Source: Rhynchobatus australiae
Taxonomy: Eukaryota
NCBI GenBank assembly: GCA_034780895.1
Contig: JAUZTB010000048.1
Span: forward strand, 24,270,500 to 24,334,499
Reading direction: 5' to 3'
Length of the DNA: 64,000 nt
Each line of letters starts with the position of its first letter. Position 1 is the first letter of the stretch. A program made the position numbers and the translations under genes. Shown here piece after piece: positions 26,414 through 40,300 of this stretch. Below the pieces are notes generated by a model. That model did no database searches. It was not told the origin of the DNA and worked only from the letters and a program-made list of their open reading frames with translations.

Positions 26414-28059
26414 NNNNNNNNNNNNNNNNNNNNNNNNNNNNNNNNNNNNNNNNNNNNNNNNNNNNNNNNNNNNNNNNNNNNNNNNNNNNNNNNNNNNNNN
26501 NNNNNNNNNNNNNNNNNNNNNNNNNNNNNNNNNNNNNNNNNNNNNNNNNNNNNNNNNNNNNNNNNNNNNNNNNNNNNNNNNNNNNNNNNNNNNNNNNNNN
26601 NNNNNNNNNNNNNNNNNNNNNNNNNNNNNNNNNNNNNNNNNNNNNNNNNNNNNNNNNNNNNNNNNNNNNNNNNNNNNNNNNNNNNNNNNNNNNNNNNNNN
26701 NNNNNNNNNNNNNNNNNNNNNNNNNNNNNNNNNNNNNNNNNNNNNNNNNNNNNNNNNNNNNNNNNNNNNNNNNNNNNNNNNNNNNNNNNNNNNNNNNNNN
26801 NNNNNNNNNNNNNNNNNNNNNNNNNNNATAGATAATTCTGAATACTTTATTTTTTGTAGAGGAAGGAAACATGGGTACAAATTGTTTATAAAGCAATTTC
26901 ATGTTGCCAGTCCTGTTCTTAAAATTGATTTATTGTTCGGATTGACATCCGAGGCAGGTATTGGAAGCAAAACTCTGGAGTAGTATTGAAATCATTTGGG
27001 TGCTGTAGTTTCTGTGGGAAGATGAGAGAAATGGTTGGTGTAACCTTTTGTTCTGGAGCCACTATGTTTGTCTTTGTCTTTAAACAGGAATGCAGTTTGG
27101 TCATGTTGTTGCTTTCAATAATTTTTGCAGCACAGTTCAAGACCATTCGTGCCTGTCTTTGAAAGAGTTGTCCAATTAATTATGCTCCTCTGTTCTTTCT
27201 GTTTGGTCCTACGACAAATGTAGTTGCCTCTCCCTCCCATTCTGGCAGCTGTTCCATTTTCCATTTCCGTTTAAGTTTTGTGACAAAATTTAAAAATAGT
27301 AAAATGGGTGCTTCCATGCTTATCTAAAATTTGTATTTGTATAGCACTTTTTTTCCTNNNNNNNNNNNNNNNNNNNNNNNNNAAAGTTGTGTGAAAAAGG
27401 TACATCCACACCCAGTGCATCAGACATTGCCAGAACTGGAAACTTTATATGTTTAAGTTTTTGTTTTTTTAAAAAAAAGAGATTTGTCTGAACTTTAAGA
27501 AAAACCACTCTCGTCATAATTTTTTTTTGGAAAAAATTTAATGGAAATAGATGTTGCAAAGTCCCAGCAGTGGTTATACAGGGATTTGTAAAGTCAGTAC
27601 TCTATATTGCACTCAGTGTGGCAATTGAATTTTGAAACTATGAACATTCAATTTTTAAATCAATATTTTAGGGTTTTGAACATGGATAATATTGGGGGTC
27701 AGTGAGGGGGAGCCACTAATGAATCTTGGTTCTTTCGGTGATTGATTAGAAAACAGTCATTCAATATGGCTTGCAAGTAAGCTATTACCTTTAACTTATT
27801 CAGATCTTATGATTGATATTGCAAGTTGCTGTTTGTGGTTGTCTCTGTCAGCAGAGTTTCATGGATGTGATTCCCAGATTGACAGGAATAGTTGTCCAAT
27901 GGTTACAGTAGGGAAATAGAAGAGGCCAGTGACTTGAATGCTAAATTTGCTCTGCTGACGGGGGGTTTTCAAGTCCATTCGTGGGTCCACCCCCCCCCCC
28001 TTCGTCTTTTCTAACCTTAGACTTTCTGCATTTCTGGCTTGATCAATTCCAAGCCAGTG

Positions 28060-28355
28060 ACCTCCCAATTCTGGCTTGATCATCCCCTAATTTAATTACT
28101 CCATTATTAGCGATTTGCTTTCAGCAGCCAAGGCTCTCAGGCTCCGGAATTCACTCCTTAAATCCACCCCAAAACCCCCACTTCTTTTCCTTTAAAGATC
28201 CTTCTTAAAACTTGCCTCTCATTAAGGTCATAGTCATTGCTCTTAATTTCTCCCCTTTGTGGTCAGCTGTTAAATTTTTTTTGATAATGCTCACTCTTCA
28301 GTGTCTTGATACATTTTGTCATATTGAAGCCACTATATAAATACAAGTTGTTCTG
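28060..28355 (+). mobile_element. L2 LINE 3' end
   Basis: gctttcagcagccaaggctctcaggctccggaattcactcc (AFS..GP.LWNSLP-like) and tail ctatataaatacaagttgtt; homologous to 20520-20805. Confidence 0.7.
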
Positions 28356-29139
28356 CTGTTGATAGACAGAGCTAGTATATTTTGAGGATCAAAGCATCAT
28401 GATTGTCTAGTTCAAATGAAACTTCCAGCTGAATTTAATTTTTGTTTATTTTGTGTTTTCTTTGCTCTTGTAATTTTCATATTTTGAAATGGTCCTTTTC
28501 AAGTATAAGCTTAATTCTGTGGCTTGGTTTTCATTTTAACCCAATTGCATATGATTAGCTTTCAAGATTCATTGTGCATTCAAACTTGCTAGTTTAACTT
28601 TTCTAACCTCATGTTATTTTTGGGAGCATTGTAAACTAACTTCTGTACTTCAATTCTGTTGTTTTGACCATTTTGAGAAACATCATGGTGAATGACATGT
28701 GACTTCATTTGAGCCACTGTTTTCACAATAGTGGCATAGTATGAAAGTAATCAGACTTCTCTAAAAACATAAGCAAATCAGATTACAGGAGTCATGCCCT
28801 CCGCTTTTACTGTTGTTTGCTATGAATGTGACTACTTCAAAATTCTCTAGAGCCATTTTCAAGGTTTTTGGGAGAAAGGGTATTTCACGGTATCAAAAAT
28901 GTCAGGTTTCCATCTAAGCACTTGGGTGGTAGCATCAGTCGGAAAGACTAACACATTGCACTTTCTTTTAAAGAAACAACATATAATCATTCACCAGCAG
29001 AAAATAATTTTACAATGTACTTGGTCCCAGATTGACATGTATCTATCTTGGGGGACATTTTCTGAGCATCTAGTTACTGCCCCCTGTCTGAAAGTCTATT
29101 AACATTTGTGTGGCTTTCACATTAATGAATTCCCTTAGG

Positions 29140-31720
29140 CAGCCCTTGGGGGTCAGGTACCTTTTATCCCCATTATATTCCTATGGGTACAGAGGTGACT
29201 GAGTTCCATGCACAGTCTGCAGACATTGCCACAGTTGGGCAGGTGGGTTGGTTGGTTGTACACTCTATCCTCTGCTTGCCCTCCAGCTGCTTCTGTTTGG
29301 AGTGAATGGGAGTGCTTGCTGCCTTCCTGCGTGCTTCTCTGCCAGCACGTGGTCTTGAAACAGCAGGGATTTCAGTAAATTGGTGGGGCTGGTAACTTTC
29401 ATCAAATGATGCTTTGTAAATCTCCTGCTGGAAAACGTTTGGCATGACAGCTCAGTAAAGTAGCTTGTTCTGGAAGTCATGCAGATGGTGTGGCCTGCCA
29501 AAAGAACTGATTCAGCATGATCAGATGCTGGGCTCGGATATTGGTCTGGGAGAAGACACTGACAATGACTTGCCAANNNNNNNNNNNNNNNNNNNNNNNN
29601 NNNNNNNNNNNNNNNNNNNNNNNNNNNNNNNNNNNNNNNNNNNNNNNNNNNNNNNNNNNNNNNNNNNNNNNNNNNNTGGGAGAAGACACTGACAATGACT
29701 TGCCAACCCAACCAATGCGCGTGGAGGATTTTGCAGAGGCAGGTTTGGTGTATTTCACTTGTGCTTTGAGGTGCCTACTGTTAGTCTATAAAGCATACAA
29801 GAGGACCATGATCACTACTGTTCAATGGGCAGCAAGCTTAATACCAGGTTTGAGGTCTTTGAATATTATCTCTTCCTCAGGCAGCTGAAAACTGATGCAT
29901 TAGAGGTTGGGTGACATTGGTCACTGATGTTTGTATGTGCTGAGAGGAGAATCCTATGATATGGGAAGTGTTCCAGGTTGACCTTGTTTTATGAATTTTG
30001 ATTGTCGTGGGGGCAGGTGAAGATCTTATTTGCCTTTTGGATGTTTATTATAAGGCCCAGTCTTGTGTTTTCTTCTGTGAAGGCATAAATAATGGTTGGA
30101 TCTCAGCCACAGTGCGCACATACGCAAGAATTGTCTATACTGTAGCTCAATAAATGAGGTTGGAATGATCTTGGTTCTGGAGATGGCGAAAGTTGAACAA
30201 TTTCCTACTGATCAACAGGTTCCCTGCTAAACTGGAATTAATGAGTAAGAAAGGTTGAGGAGAGCTTTGGTTGACATTGTAGAGCTGACAGAAAATGTTA
30301 ACATATTTGTAAGTTGGCCAAACTTGAGGTGGACTTTTTTAATCCTTGGTTGTCTGAGTTGATTGTTTTTGAGAAGTCGATAAAGGCTATGGCCTGTGGT
30401 TAGTTCTGCTCCAAATTTTTGTTTGGATGTCTTGCATGGTGAATTTAATGTCAGTTGTGTTTGTTGATGGATGGAATCTGAATTGCATCCCTGGAAGGAG
30501 CTTTTCAACCACTGAGAAAGATCTTGTGGTGAATTTCCCTGTGGCAGACTTCATGGATACACCCTAGTAATTACACAAATCAGACATGTCTCTTTTCTTG
30601 AATAGCATCTCCTGAGATTCTCTGGCATGCTTTCTTTCTAAATGAAAGAAAAGAATTGTGATTGTTTGTAAACTGCTAGAGCTTCTGTGCTTTTTCCATG
30701 TCATCTGTTCCTTGGGTTACAGTTTGACCTTGACCTTCAGATGTTACTAGGTCGTTTCTTTNNNNNNNNNNNNNNNNNNNNNNNNNNNNNNNCCCCCCCC
30801 ACCCCCCCAACCCTTGAATGACGGGCATGCTTGAACTTTTCCTGGTGTTTGCTGTTTAGTAGCTCCTTGATTTCCTGGTTGTTCTCATCGAACCAGTACC
30901 GGTATTTTCTGGTAGAGAAACCAAGTATCTCATAACACCAATTATGATGGAGTTCAAGCCAGACCAGGCTCAAAGGATGCTCTGCCTTCAAACAGGAAAG
31001 TCAGAGGGTTAGCCATGAGGCATTGACCAAGTAGAGCTTTTATTGTGCAGTCTTTGAGTCTTATGACATTGTTTCAGTTGTTTTTGCTGTTTTGGGGCCA
31101 GGTTGATGGAATTGACAGGACAGATTAAGCAGTAGTCTGGCCATTAGTGTGGGGGCTTCTCTCATGTTATGGACATCTATGCAATCCCTTGCTCTAAGTC
31201 TAACAAAAGTTGATGACTGTTCAAGGATTGCCATAGGTTAGTTGTAAAAAGACAATTTTCCTAACTAAAGGATTCTGTTTGAGTTAACTTGCCTTGCTGC
31301 TTTCCTGTTAGAAAGGGCATCTAAAAAGGTGCCACTAACTCTGGTATTAAAATCACCAAGGAAAATATGATCCTGTCCCAGTCGAACTCCGATAAGGGAT
31401 TGCATGAGTTTGGAGTAAAATTAATCTTTGGCCCATTTATCATTTCCAGAGTTGGGCATATGCACTAAGGACCGTAGCATGCTTGTGCCATGTTAGTGAG
31501 CCAAAGGATCATGAGATATTTATTTAATTCACAGGGAGTTGTTAGGATGACAGGGTTGTTCATTCTTGATGGCAGGACCAACCCAATGAAAATACTGTTC
31601 TTCCAGTTTGCCCTACTGCTTCTGTTTTTTTGATCTGATCTACCTGATGTATTTCATTAAAGATGTCCAAGTTCCTAGGCTATTACAATATAATTTTGCT
31701 GTTTGAATGGGCCATCAGAT
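29140..31720 (-). mobile_element. Decayed RTE-clade (BovB-like) LINE, endonuclease to C-terminal zinc finger, internally deleted
   Basis: Minus-strand motifs in order: GK.EE....VG.AIKNE, IFLGDFN, RKYRYWFDENNQEIKELL, VSVFSQTNI..NQ..WAGH..CM, and the CP.CG.VC...LSHL.TH zinc finger. Confidence 0.8.
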
Positions 31721-34700
31721 ACTCAACATTACAGGTCTTAAACCTTATTTTGAAAAGCAGAAGGTGTCTGTGTGGGATTTGTTTTAATGTGGGATTGCTG
31801 TTGCTTGCCAGTAGCACAATCTTGGCAGAATGGGGACTTGGTCCAATAGTAATGCTTGGAAATCAGCCTCCTGTTTAGGTTTCACATACGTGGGACGCAT
31901 TGCATTCTTTGTGTGTATACACACACACAGACATGGAGAAGGTCTACTTGCATGGGAATCAGACAGGTATCACTGAGGGAAGCCACTCCTCTCCCCTGGC
32001 TGCAACTATTTACTGTAGAACCATTGCCACTACTGCCATCCATAATTGTCTACAACCAATATGACTCCTGACCTGGCTTCACATTTCTTGATTTCTCTTC
32101 AAACACTTAAGTCATCAGGGAAACTTGCCAAGTCATGAAGTACATTGTTTTCATCAACCATTCTGCGTAATTATGGCAACTTTTTTTTACTTTTACAACT
32201 TAAAGAATGCATGNNNNNNNNNNNNNNNNNNNNNNNNNNNNNNNNNNNNNNNNNNNNNNNNNNNNNNNNNNNNNNNNNNNNNNNNNNNNNNNNNNNNNNN
32301 NNNNNNNNNNNNNNNNNNNNNNNNNNNNNNNNNNNNNNNNNNNNNNNNNNNNNNNNNNNNNNNNNNNNNNNNNNNNNNNNNNNNNNNNNNNNNNNNNNNN
32401 NNNNNNNNNNNNNNNNNNNNNNNNNNNNNNNNNNNNNNNNNNNNNNNNNNNNNNNNNNNNNNNNNNNNNNNNNNTGTAAATATTACATTGTCACATTAAT
32501 GATCAAGATATTAAGCAATAAAGTTTGTATGTCATTTTAAAGTGCAGCACCTTGCCAAGTCTCAAAAGTCCAGTTTGTATTATTAAAGTTTTCAAAAAGC
32601 AGTGGAAGGAAAATGGCTGCACTTTTCTATCATGATATTTTCAGTTTAACAGCCATGCCCCTTGTGCGAAGGTTGTTGGAAGTGTGTGTGCTTGTGAGAG
32701 TACGTGTAGCTAAAGTGCTCCTGTTATCAAAAGGTGATCAGACCAGGACCCACATTTAGCAAAAGCAGCAAGCAATACTTACTGGATTCTTGTTGCAGTC
32801 AAAGCTCTATATAGTTTAATCATGACAGCTGAAGTGCAACATTTCAGCAGGGCATAGAACAGCTGCTGAAGANNNNNNNNNNNNNNNNNNNNNNNNNNNN
32901 NNNNNNNNNNNNNNNNNNNNNNNNCCCCCCCCCCCCCCCCGGGGGAAGGGAGAATTCAATTGGCAGTATTTGGTGGGAACAATTTCTGTTGGTACCAGTT
33001 CAAATGGATGTTAATATGGGTAAAAGGCAGTGCACCAAGCATCCTCTTCCCATGCATGTGTTTTTGCCAAAAGTTATTGTGGCATGACAAAAGACAAGGC
33101 ACATTCAGATTTTCTTATTAACTTGTGCTTTTCCTTCATGTTGCTTTCCTTTTGTCCCTCAACAATTTTCTTTCCCTAATGGAACATTTTGATTGGGGCT
33201 TGGCACTACTTTTTTGTTCTACCATCAAATTGTCAGCAGTAGATGCTGCTGTCACATTGCCACATCTGCAATAATGCACAACTGAGAGTTGATTGGTACT
33301 TCAGTTTGTAGTATAAATATTTTGTTGAAGAAATGCAAGGACATAATCTAGTGAAGTTTTCACTGGTGCTCAGGAGCTTGTTCGTTTCACAACTTTGGAG
33401 GAGGATGTGGTTTGCAAGGAAACAAACCCCTTCAGTCTGTAAATATTAATATAACATGGCAGTAAAATACCCTTTTGCATACAGTATTTGCATTTCATAG
33501 TTTAACTTTAAACTTTGCTGTGTATGCCATTATGGTTTGCAATAAAAAATTCTAATCAAGAAATATACTCTGGATTCTTACTAATCTCTAATGTGTGGTT
33601 TTTAGCTTCTGTCAGAGCAGAATTAAAATATACAGTTTTGTGGGGATTTCCCCATACATTTGGGTTTTGGATGATATTTATAGGCACCAGCCTCTTGAAC
33701 TAAGTTTTTTGTTTTGCAATTTCTATTCTAATGAATATATTTGGTGCTCTGGCCTACTATGCTAGTTATCAGTGTCAAACTGTGGGGTACACGGTGCACA
33801 GTTTTTAATTAACCTCTTCACAGATTTTAGTCCAGTTTTTTTTTAAAGAGTTCAGATGCTTAGCCACCTTTTTGTTACCGCATTCTGCAGAGAATATAAA
33901 AGGTTTCATTGGTGAGGTTTTGGAAGACTTGGGGGTTTGGGAAGGTTATGTTACAAAAGCTAGCTTGTGTACCAGTTTACTAATTTGGGCTATAGATTTT
34001 AGTAGTTTAAAAGATCAGCTAGCAAAGCTAGCTGAATCAAATGAAGGTGTGTGTTTATTTGCTTAACTGTATATGCATGCTTGTATATACAATGTTAGGA
34101 GGAAGAAATGGACTTTGAGGCCTGTTGGCAGAATTGAGAGGTGATGAAAAGTATGGTGGAAAAGGTGATGAAGCATGATTCAAAACCGGAGTTCCAAATA
34201 AAAGGGTTGGTAGATGGGCAGTTCTGTTGGTTGAACAAAAAAAAATCAAAAGTAGTAATGTTTGGGGAAAGGGCATGGGGGTGGTGGGTGAGAAGGGAAA
34301 GTGAACATTATCATTGTGCTTAACTGCACATTTTCCTCTGTTTACCCACGTGGGCTTTTCACCTAGTTGTGTGGAAAAATAATGTACCTTTTCCTTTTTG
34401 CTGTACCTATTCTCAACCAAGTGGGGGGGAAGAGAGAGATTGAGGGAAGGAAGGAGCTAATCAACATTGCTCATACACTACCTTGCAGTTTGCTTTTTAG
34501 GAGTAGGATGAACTACTTGCCTCACTCCCTTTTGAGAGTGGGAGGCAGCCAAATTAGGCAGAAGAATTCAAAACAAAGTGGTGGAATGAGAGTTAAATGT
34601 TTGCCAGTTTTTACTTAAATTTAATACCATTCTTGCATTTCTGGCTTAGTAGTTATGCACTACTAATAAAAATGAGTTTGGGTATGTAATCATCAGCAAC

Positions 34701-35999
34701 CGGGATTAGTGGTCATTAATGTTGATTGAGGCAGAGGAATGCTGGTTCCAGTACAGAAGCACAAGGTGCCAATTTTGTCTTTCTATTGAGAAATGCCTTT
34801 CCAGTTATAAAGCATTCACAAAACCTCTCACTCAGTCTGTTCCTGCCCCCATCCTCTGGCTCTGTCTCTGCTCTTGTGTCAAGGTTGTCATGAATCAGTG
34901 GCCAGATGTAATCTGGAAATGCTGTTTACATAAATGAACAGGACTACAGGAAATCTGAAGCAAAGCTGTGGTTAATACTAACAAATAACCGAATGAAATA
35001 AGTCTGTAAGTTTAACTTTTATCAGCTGTCTATGCAACTTTCCTTTTATTTTGTATAGTTCCTGCTTTATCATGAATCATTGCTCACACACAACCCATAT
35101 AATTGTGTATCTCTGAATAGCTGTTATTTGTGTTTTATAGAAAAATCTAAATTTAGTCTTTGCATAGTATTAATTGGGGCAAAATCAATCTGAATCTATT
35201 GATTTGAAGTTGATCATTCACTTACTGTTGCAAAACATCAAGATAGTAAAGTTTGATAAAAGAATTTAAATAGAGCTCATTGATTTAGAATGCTACATAA
35301 ACAGCATAAAGGGTAAAATCAGTCAAGCTGTGCCAATATTACACTAAACATTTTTATATATAACAGTAAGCTTGATTGTTGACACAAGGATGCTATAAAC
35401 ATACTATATCAATAGTGGTCATTACTGTTCAAACTAAAAACAAATGTTTGAGTTTAATGGCTGGTCAGATATCTGCAAAAGCTTGTGCACTTCATTCTCT
35501 AGAGATTCACACTCATTGGGCTGAATGCTTTGCTCTTGTTCATAGGTACCATGAAAGAACTGATCCTTATTGGACTGAATTTGGGATTTTCCTCCTCCAA
35601 TACCATATGATGTTGAGTTTTGGCACCATTTTTCATTTTCAAGTCTGCAACCTGAAAATGATCATCTGGCATTCAAAGTTTTTCATCTTCCTTCATTCTT
35701 CATATCAATCCTATTTGATTACATTTATCCTATTGGTTAATCCTTCACTAGTTTACCTCATTTAATTTGCAAGCTGGAAAGTAACTGGCAAAAAGAAAAC
35801 CACTCAAAAATAGCTTTTCCAAAGCTAATAATTTAAAATCTAAAGCATTTATCAAGCAAATTAAGCTGTTCAAATTGTTGGCCACACTTCCTTCACTGAC
35901 CATGCATACTGTTACCAAGCAGAAGGAGGGGTGCACAGATGACAAATGAAAATTATTAAAATTGCTCTCCTTGTGAATTAGGGCAAAAGGCTTGGAGAG

Positions 36000-36430
36000 G
36001 ACAGTGGAATAATAAACAAGCTTTGATTTGATGAGTTCATGTATTCAGCTATGCCAGTAGCCTGATGCTTCTGTTTAACTTCACTGAGTTGGCATCTTCT
36101 ACTTGGACAAGCTTCGTGTTGTTCCTCCTATGCTCTTTTATTGAACCAGTTGGTCACTTGCTTTGGGGATAATAGTACAATGATGAATTATGTGGGGCAG
36201 GCAGATATAAATTGTATTGGAATATGATTCCATTGATGCTGATTGCCCACAGAACTTGTGGATGCCCAATTTAGGCCGTTAATTGTTCTGAATTTAGTCT
36301 ACTGAGCAGAGTGATAATGCTTTGCAACCTTATGGGGTTGTATACAGTGTGAACATGGTTATTCATCTCCACAAGCATCATGTGATGGTCATTTCTTACC
36401 AATAGTGCTATAGATTTTTTCCCTGCTACA
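36000..36430 (-). mobile_element. Decayed CR1/L2-group LINE internal fragment
   Basis: ctttattgaaccag...tattggaatatgattccattgatgctgattgcccacag...tggatgcccaattt. A similar block occurs at about 46150-46780. Confidence 0.45.
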
Positions 36431-36510
36431 GGTTGAGCACAAGCTGTGGAGCCCTCTTTTGGCTTTGTGGCCTCTCGGTGGTAGATAAGTCAAGTGTTCT
36501 ATCAGTAACT

Positions 36511-36850
36511 AGAGCATAAAGCATAGAACTGTACAGCACAGGAACAAGCCCTTTGGCCCACGATGTCTGAACTGACCAGGATGCCAATCTAACTAATCCC
36601 ACCTGCCTGCTCACGGTCCATATCCTCCTTCCCTGCCTCTTCATATTTGTCTAAATGCCTGTTAAACATTCCTTTCATATATGCTTCTACCACCTGCCTT
36701 GCACATCTCTGAATTATCTACTGCCTATGCCTTTCACAATTGTATATACTCTTATCAGGTTGCCCCTCAGCCTCTGATGCTCCAGAGAAATCAAACCAAG
36801 TTTGTCCACCATCCTCCTTTTAGCTAATAAACCCGAATACAGCCAACGTC
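36511..36850 (-). mobile_element. HER1/CR1 LINE 3' end
   Basis: Minus ORF DKLGLISLEHQRLRGNLIRVYTIVKGI and antisense tail catagaactgtacagcacaggaacaagccctttggcccac. Confidence 0.85.
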
Positions 36851-38691
36851 CTGGTTCACTTCTGCACTCTGAGTTGCTCTTGTTAACTGGCATGTAACAA
36901 CCATCTATCTGTGCCCTTGGAACTGTTCGGCAAAGAGGGTTTGATTTACAAGCTACTGCTTGGGAATGTAGAAGGCAATTAAAGAACACTAAAGTGTAAG
37001 GATGAGAGAAATTTCATTGCACATCACCTTGTTCTGTCTAAGAGTATGCATGTAAAATAAGATTATAAATGATGCAGTTTTAAAAAAAAAACTGGGGTCT
37101 GTTATTTTTATTTCTGAAAATGTAATGTTTTTGTAAAATAATCTTCTGCTTTATTAATTATCCTACCACCAATATTTTCTGAATTGTGTGCATTTTCATG
37201 TGCTACAGATCTCTTTTATTGCCTTGTTTTTCTCTTCTTGAGCCTTTCCTAAGATCCAAAGTTGATTTTGCTGCAACTGAAGGATGACTTTGACTAATCA
37301 TTCTGAAGGACTAGTCATCATTGTGAATGATATGACAAATCGATTTAACATTGCTTTACTGTCAGTGATGTCAAATGCTGTTTAACTATGTTGAAGTGAA
37401 GACTTGCACTTTTAAGTGAAATTTGCAGTTGTCTAAATTATAGGTTTATAATAATACATTGGAAAATAGACCCAGTTTTCAATGCTTGATGTTCTTTGCA
37501 AATTAAAAAATATGACTTTGATGCAATTTGTTGGTGCTTTCTTGATGGGGGTTGTTGTTCTCTTTAATGTTTGTTTTTACGGGCATCTTTTGTATCCTGT
37601 AACTTTGAGAAGGAATTGTGGATTTTGGGGAATTTTTGGAGGGCTGGTACAATATTTTGTTTTACTCTACATCAAAGACAATTTATTCTTAAAAATTCCC
37701 TTTTCCATTTTGAAATTAAAAACATTTTGAGGTTTACTTTTCTACTTTGTTGTATTTTTAAATGTTTCTGAATGACTGAAATATTTAAAGATCCCTGCTG
37801 CTTTCAGGAGTAATTGGCCACAGTTTACTCACTATGCCATGAGAGACTTTGCCCTGTTCAGGCCGTACTGCTGAAATGCAGCTGTGGGTTAGCTTGGGGT
37901 GAATCTAAGACACCTGATGGGTTTGGTGCAATCTGTCCATCTATATGCCTTTTTAGGATCACTGCTCTCAAGTGCATATTTCCTGGTCTACACACAAACT
38001 CCTGTTATTAAACATTTAGCATCATTTCTCAGCAATAAGTCAGAAACCATATTCTACGAGTAGGTGACCAGGATACTGTCTAGTCTGATCACAAGTTTCT
38101 CTGACCTGTAATTGCTCTTTTAGTTGTCGTATAGAGCCAATAGAATGTTGTAGTTTACCAGTCCCCTAGCTCTTTCAACAAGTTCATTAGCTATTGCAAC
38201 ACCACTTGTGGAATATGAAAAATTATTCCTTTTTTTCCCTCTGTGTAATAGTTTACAATAGTATTAAAATCTTCAGTCTTCTCTCATTCTTGGATTTAAC
38301 AGCCCACTTGATTTGGCACAACTTCAAAGAAATGAAGGTCTTGGGATAGGCAAGACATTCCTTGTTTAAGATGGTGTTTACTTGCTTATTACATAGGAGA
38401 TCCTCAAGTTTACTCTTGATTTTCTTTGACTTCCATTGGTTACATTGTAATGTTTGGATAATGTTGACTGAAGTTGTGGTTTGATTGCACTGTTATTAAA
38501 AAGTGCATCAGGGGAATTTAGTATGGTGGTAAGGGAAGTGGAGTAAGCAGGTGAACTTTCTCAAACCAAAATGACACACAGCCTTGAGTTCCTTGTACTA
38601 TAATTGGAGACTAGGCAGTAAGTGGATGTTATGTAATGGAGAAAATAAATGGAGGTTATTAGTTCTTGGCATGTTCTGCCACTGTAGGTTC

Positions 38692-38785
38692 ATAGAGTCA
38701 TAGAGCAATACAGCACTGATAGAGGTCCTTCAGCCCAACCAGTCCATGCTGACCATGGTGCCCACCCAGTTAGTCCCAATTTCTT
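38692..38785 (-). mobile_element. CR1/HE1 3' tail fragment
   Basis: catagagtcatagagcaatacagcac...ccttcagcccaaccagtccatgctgacc. A similar tail occurs at about 16065-16125. Confidence 0.65.
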
Positions 38786-39199
38786 CATTCGTTCATGCTA
38801 GAAAAGTGCAGCCCTTTGGCATTTGGTGGGATCCGGCCAGATCTGACAATGGATGGTTAAGTCAGATGTATGCCAGATATACTCAAGTCTATGCCTCTTC
38901 ACACAGTTGAATTACTGTACCAGAAGAAAGCATTGAGGCAGAGATAAGGACAGCATTTAAAGTCTATGTATTTAAAAATTAAGTGTAATAATAACCCAAT
39001 GGTTATGATACTAAACTAGTAAATCAGTGGTGAATAGTTCAAATCCCATCAATGTAACTTGTGAAGTAGAATTTGTGAGCACATATCAGAAATGACTGGG
39101 AGCTGGATTTGAAACCTGGTGGACCTGGCTATAAATCTGTCCTCCTGATAACCTTTTGGCCCACATGTCACTCCATGGTTGACTCTTCTGCAAATGAAT

Positions 39200-40300
39200 T
39201 TCAGCAGTACCTTGTGGTTAAGACCAACTGCTTTCACTCCAATTCTATCAGTTGTGAGGTGACGGAGTCTTTTGTGGGGCATGCAGACCCAGCCATGGGT
39301 GCTTCATGGAGCAGGTTGAGAGTGAGTTGAATGGGGAGGGGAAGCACTGCTTTACTGTGCTTCCTTCTATGTGCTCCCAATGAAGAGAATCCTCAGGTCA
39401 CAGTGCCTTCCTGGATCATCCTCTTCCATTTTGAGTGGCCATAGGGCAGGAATTCACACAAATGGGATGCTACACTTTGTTTTGAAAGAAATCTGAGGAC
39501 ATCCTTGAATTGTTTCTGCTGTCTTCCTCATAATCTATTGCTGTGACCGAGCTTGGATTAGACTACCTCTTTCAGGAATCTGGTGTCAAGTATACACACT
39601 GTAAAGCATTAGCAAGATGTTATTAATGTTGTCTCCATAAAATCCTCCAATCCACTAGCAGGATAAGTGAAACCATGTGGTTTGCCCATCAAAGCAGAGG
39701 AGTGTAATCAAAGCCTTGACACTAGGGTCTTGGCTTGGCACAGAATGTTGACATTGCTTCTCTTATCCTGCCACTGGATTGGGAGGATTTTGTGGAGACA
39801 ACATTGGTGGCACCCCTCCATTGATTTGCAGTGCCAGCTGTACATAAAGCATGCTTCTGATCACTGCAGCCCTGTTGACCATGTACAGCTTTGAGTTCTT
39901 GATCTTTCATCTCTCTTCCTTAGATGACCAACAGCTATGCTGGTTTACTAGAGCCAGTGATAAATTTCATCAGTGTGTGTCGTCAATGAGTGACACCTGA
40001 GATGTAGAAAATCATCCACGTTTCTTAGGGCTCATTGTGGACCCATATTGTCAAAGGATGGTTTTGTGTAGCAGGGGTAGGTTAGTGGAGGACCTTTTTC
40101 GTTTTCAGGTACTGAGTGCAAGGGCTACCCTTGTATGTTCCATGAATAAATTAGTGTTGACTTGGAGGTTGGCCTTGAAGTGCACATAAGTGTTGTGTGC
40201 ACTGCAGCTCAATGATTGGGTTTGAGTGGCTGTGGAATGGAGGTGATGTTGATGGAGTAGTTTCCCATTTTAATGACCTCACAGCATCCAGAATTGGAAA
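39200..40300 (-). mobile_element. Decayed RTE-clade LINE, RT C-terminus to 3' end
   Basis: Minus strand HQCCLHKILPIQWQDK (cf. HQRCLR.IL.I.WQDK), DTRFLK.V.., and QQKQFKDVL...KCSIP. Confidence 0.75.

Noticed and set aside
26233-26902. Long ORFs of 146-215 aa (and similar ones at 29265-29888, 32125-32540, 50719-51030)
   Set aside because: They are open only because they run through N gaps.
29547-29706. Exact 30-bp direct repeat (tgggagaagacactgacaatgacttgccaa) either side of a 100-N gap
   Set aside because: Identical sequence abutting both sides of a fixed-size gap indicates overlapping contig ends, an assembly artefact rather than a TSD or CRISPR-like repeat.
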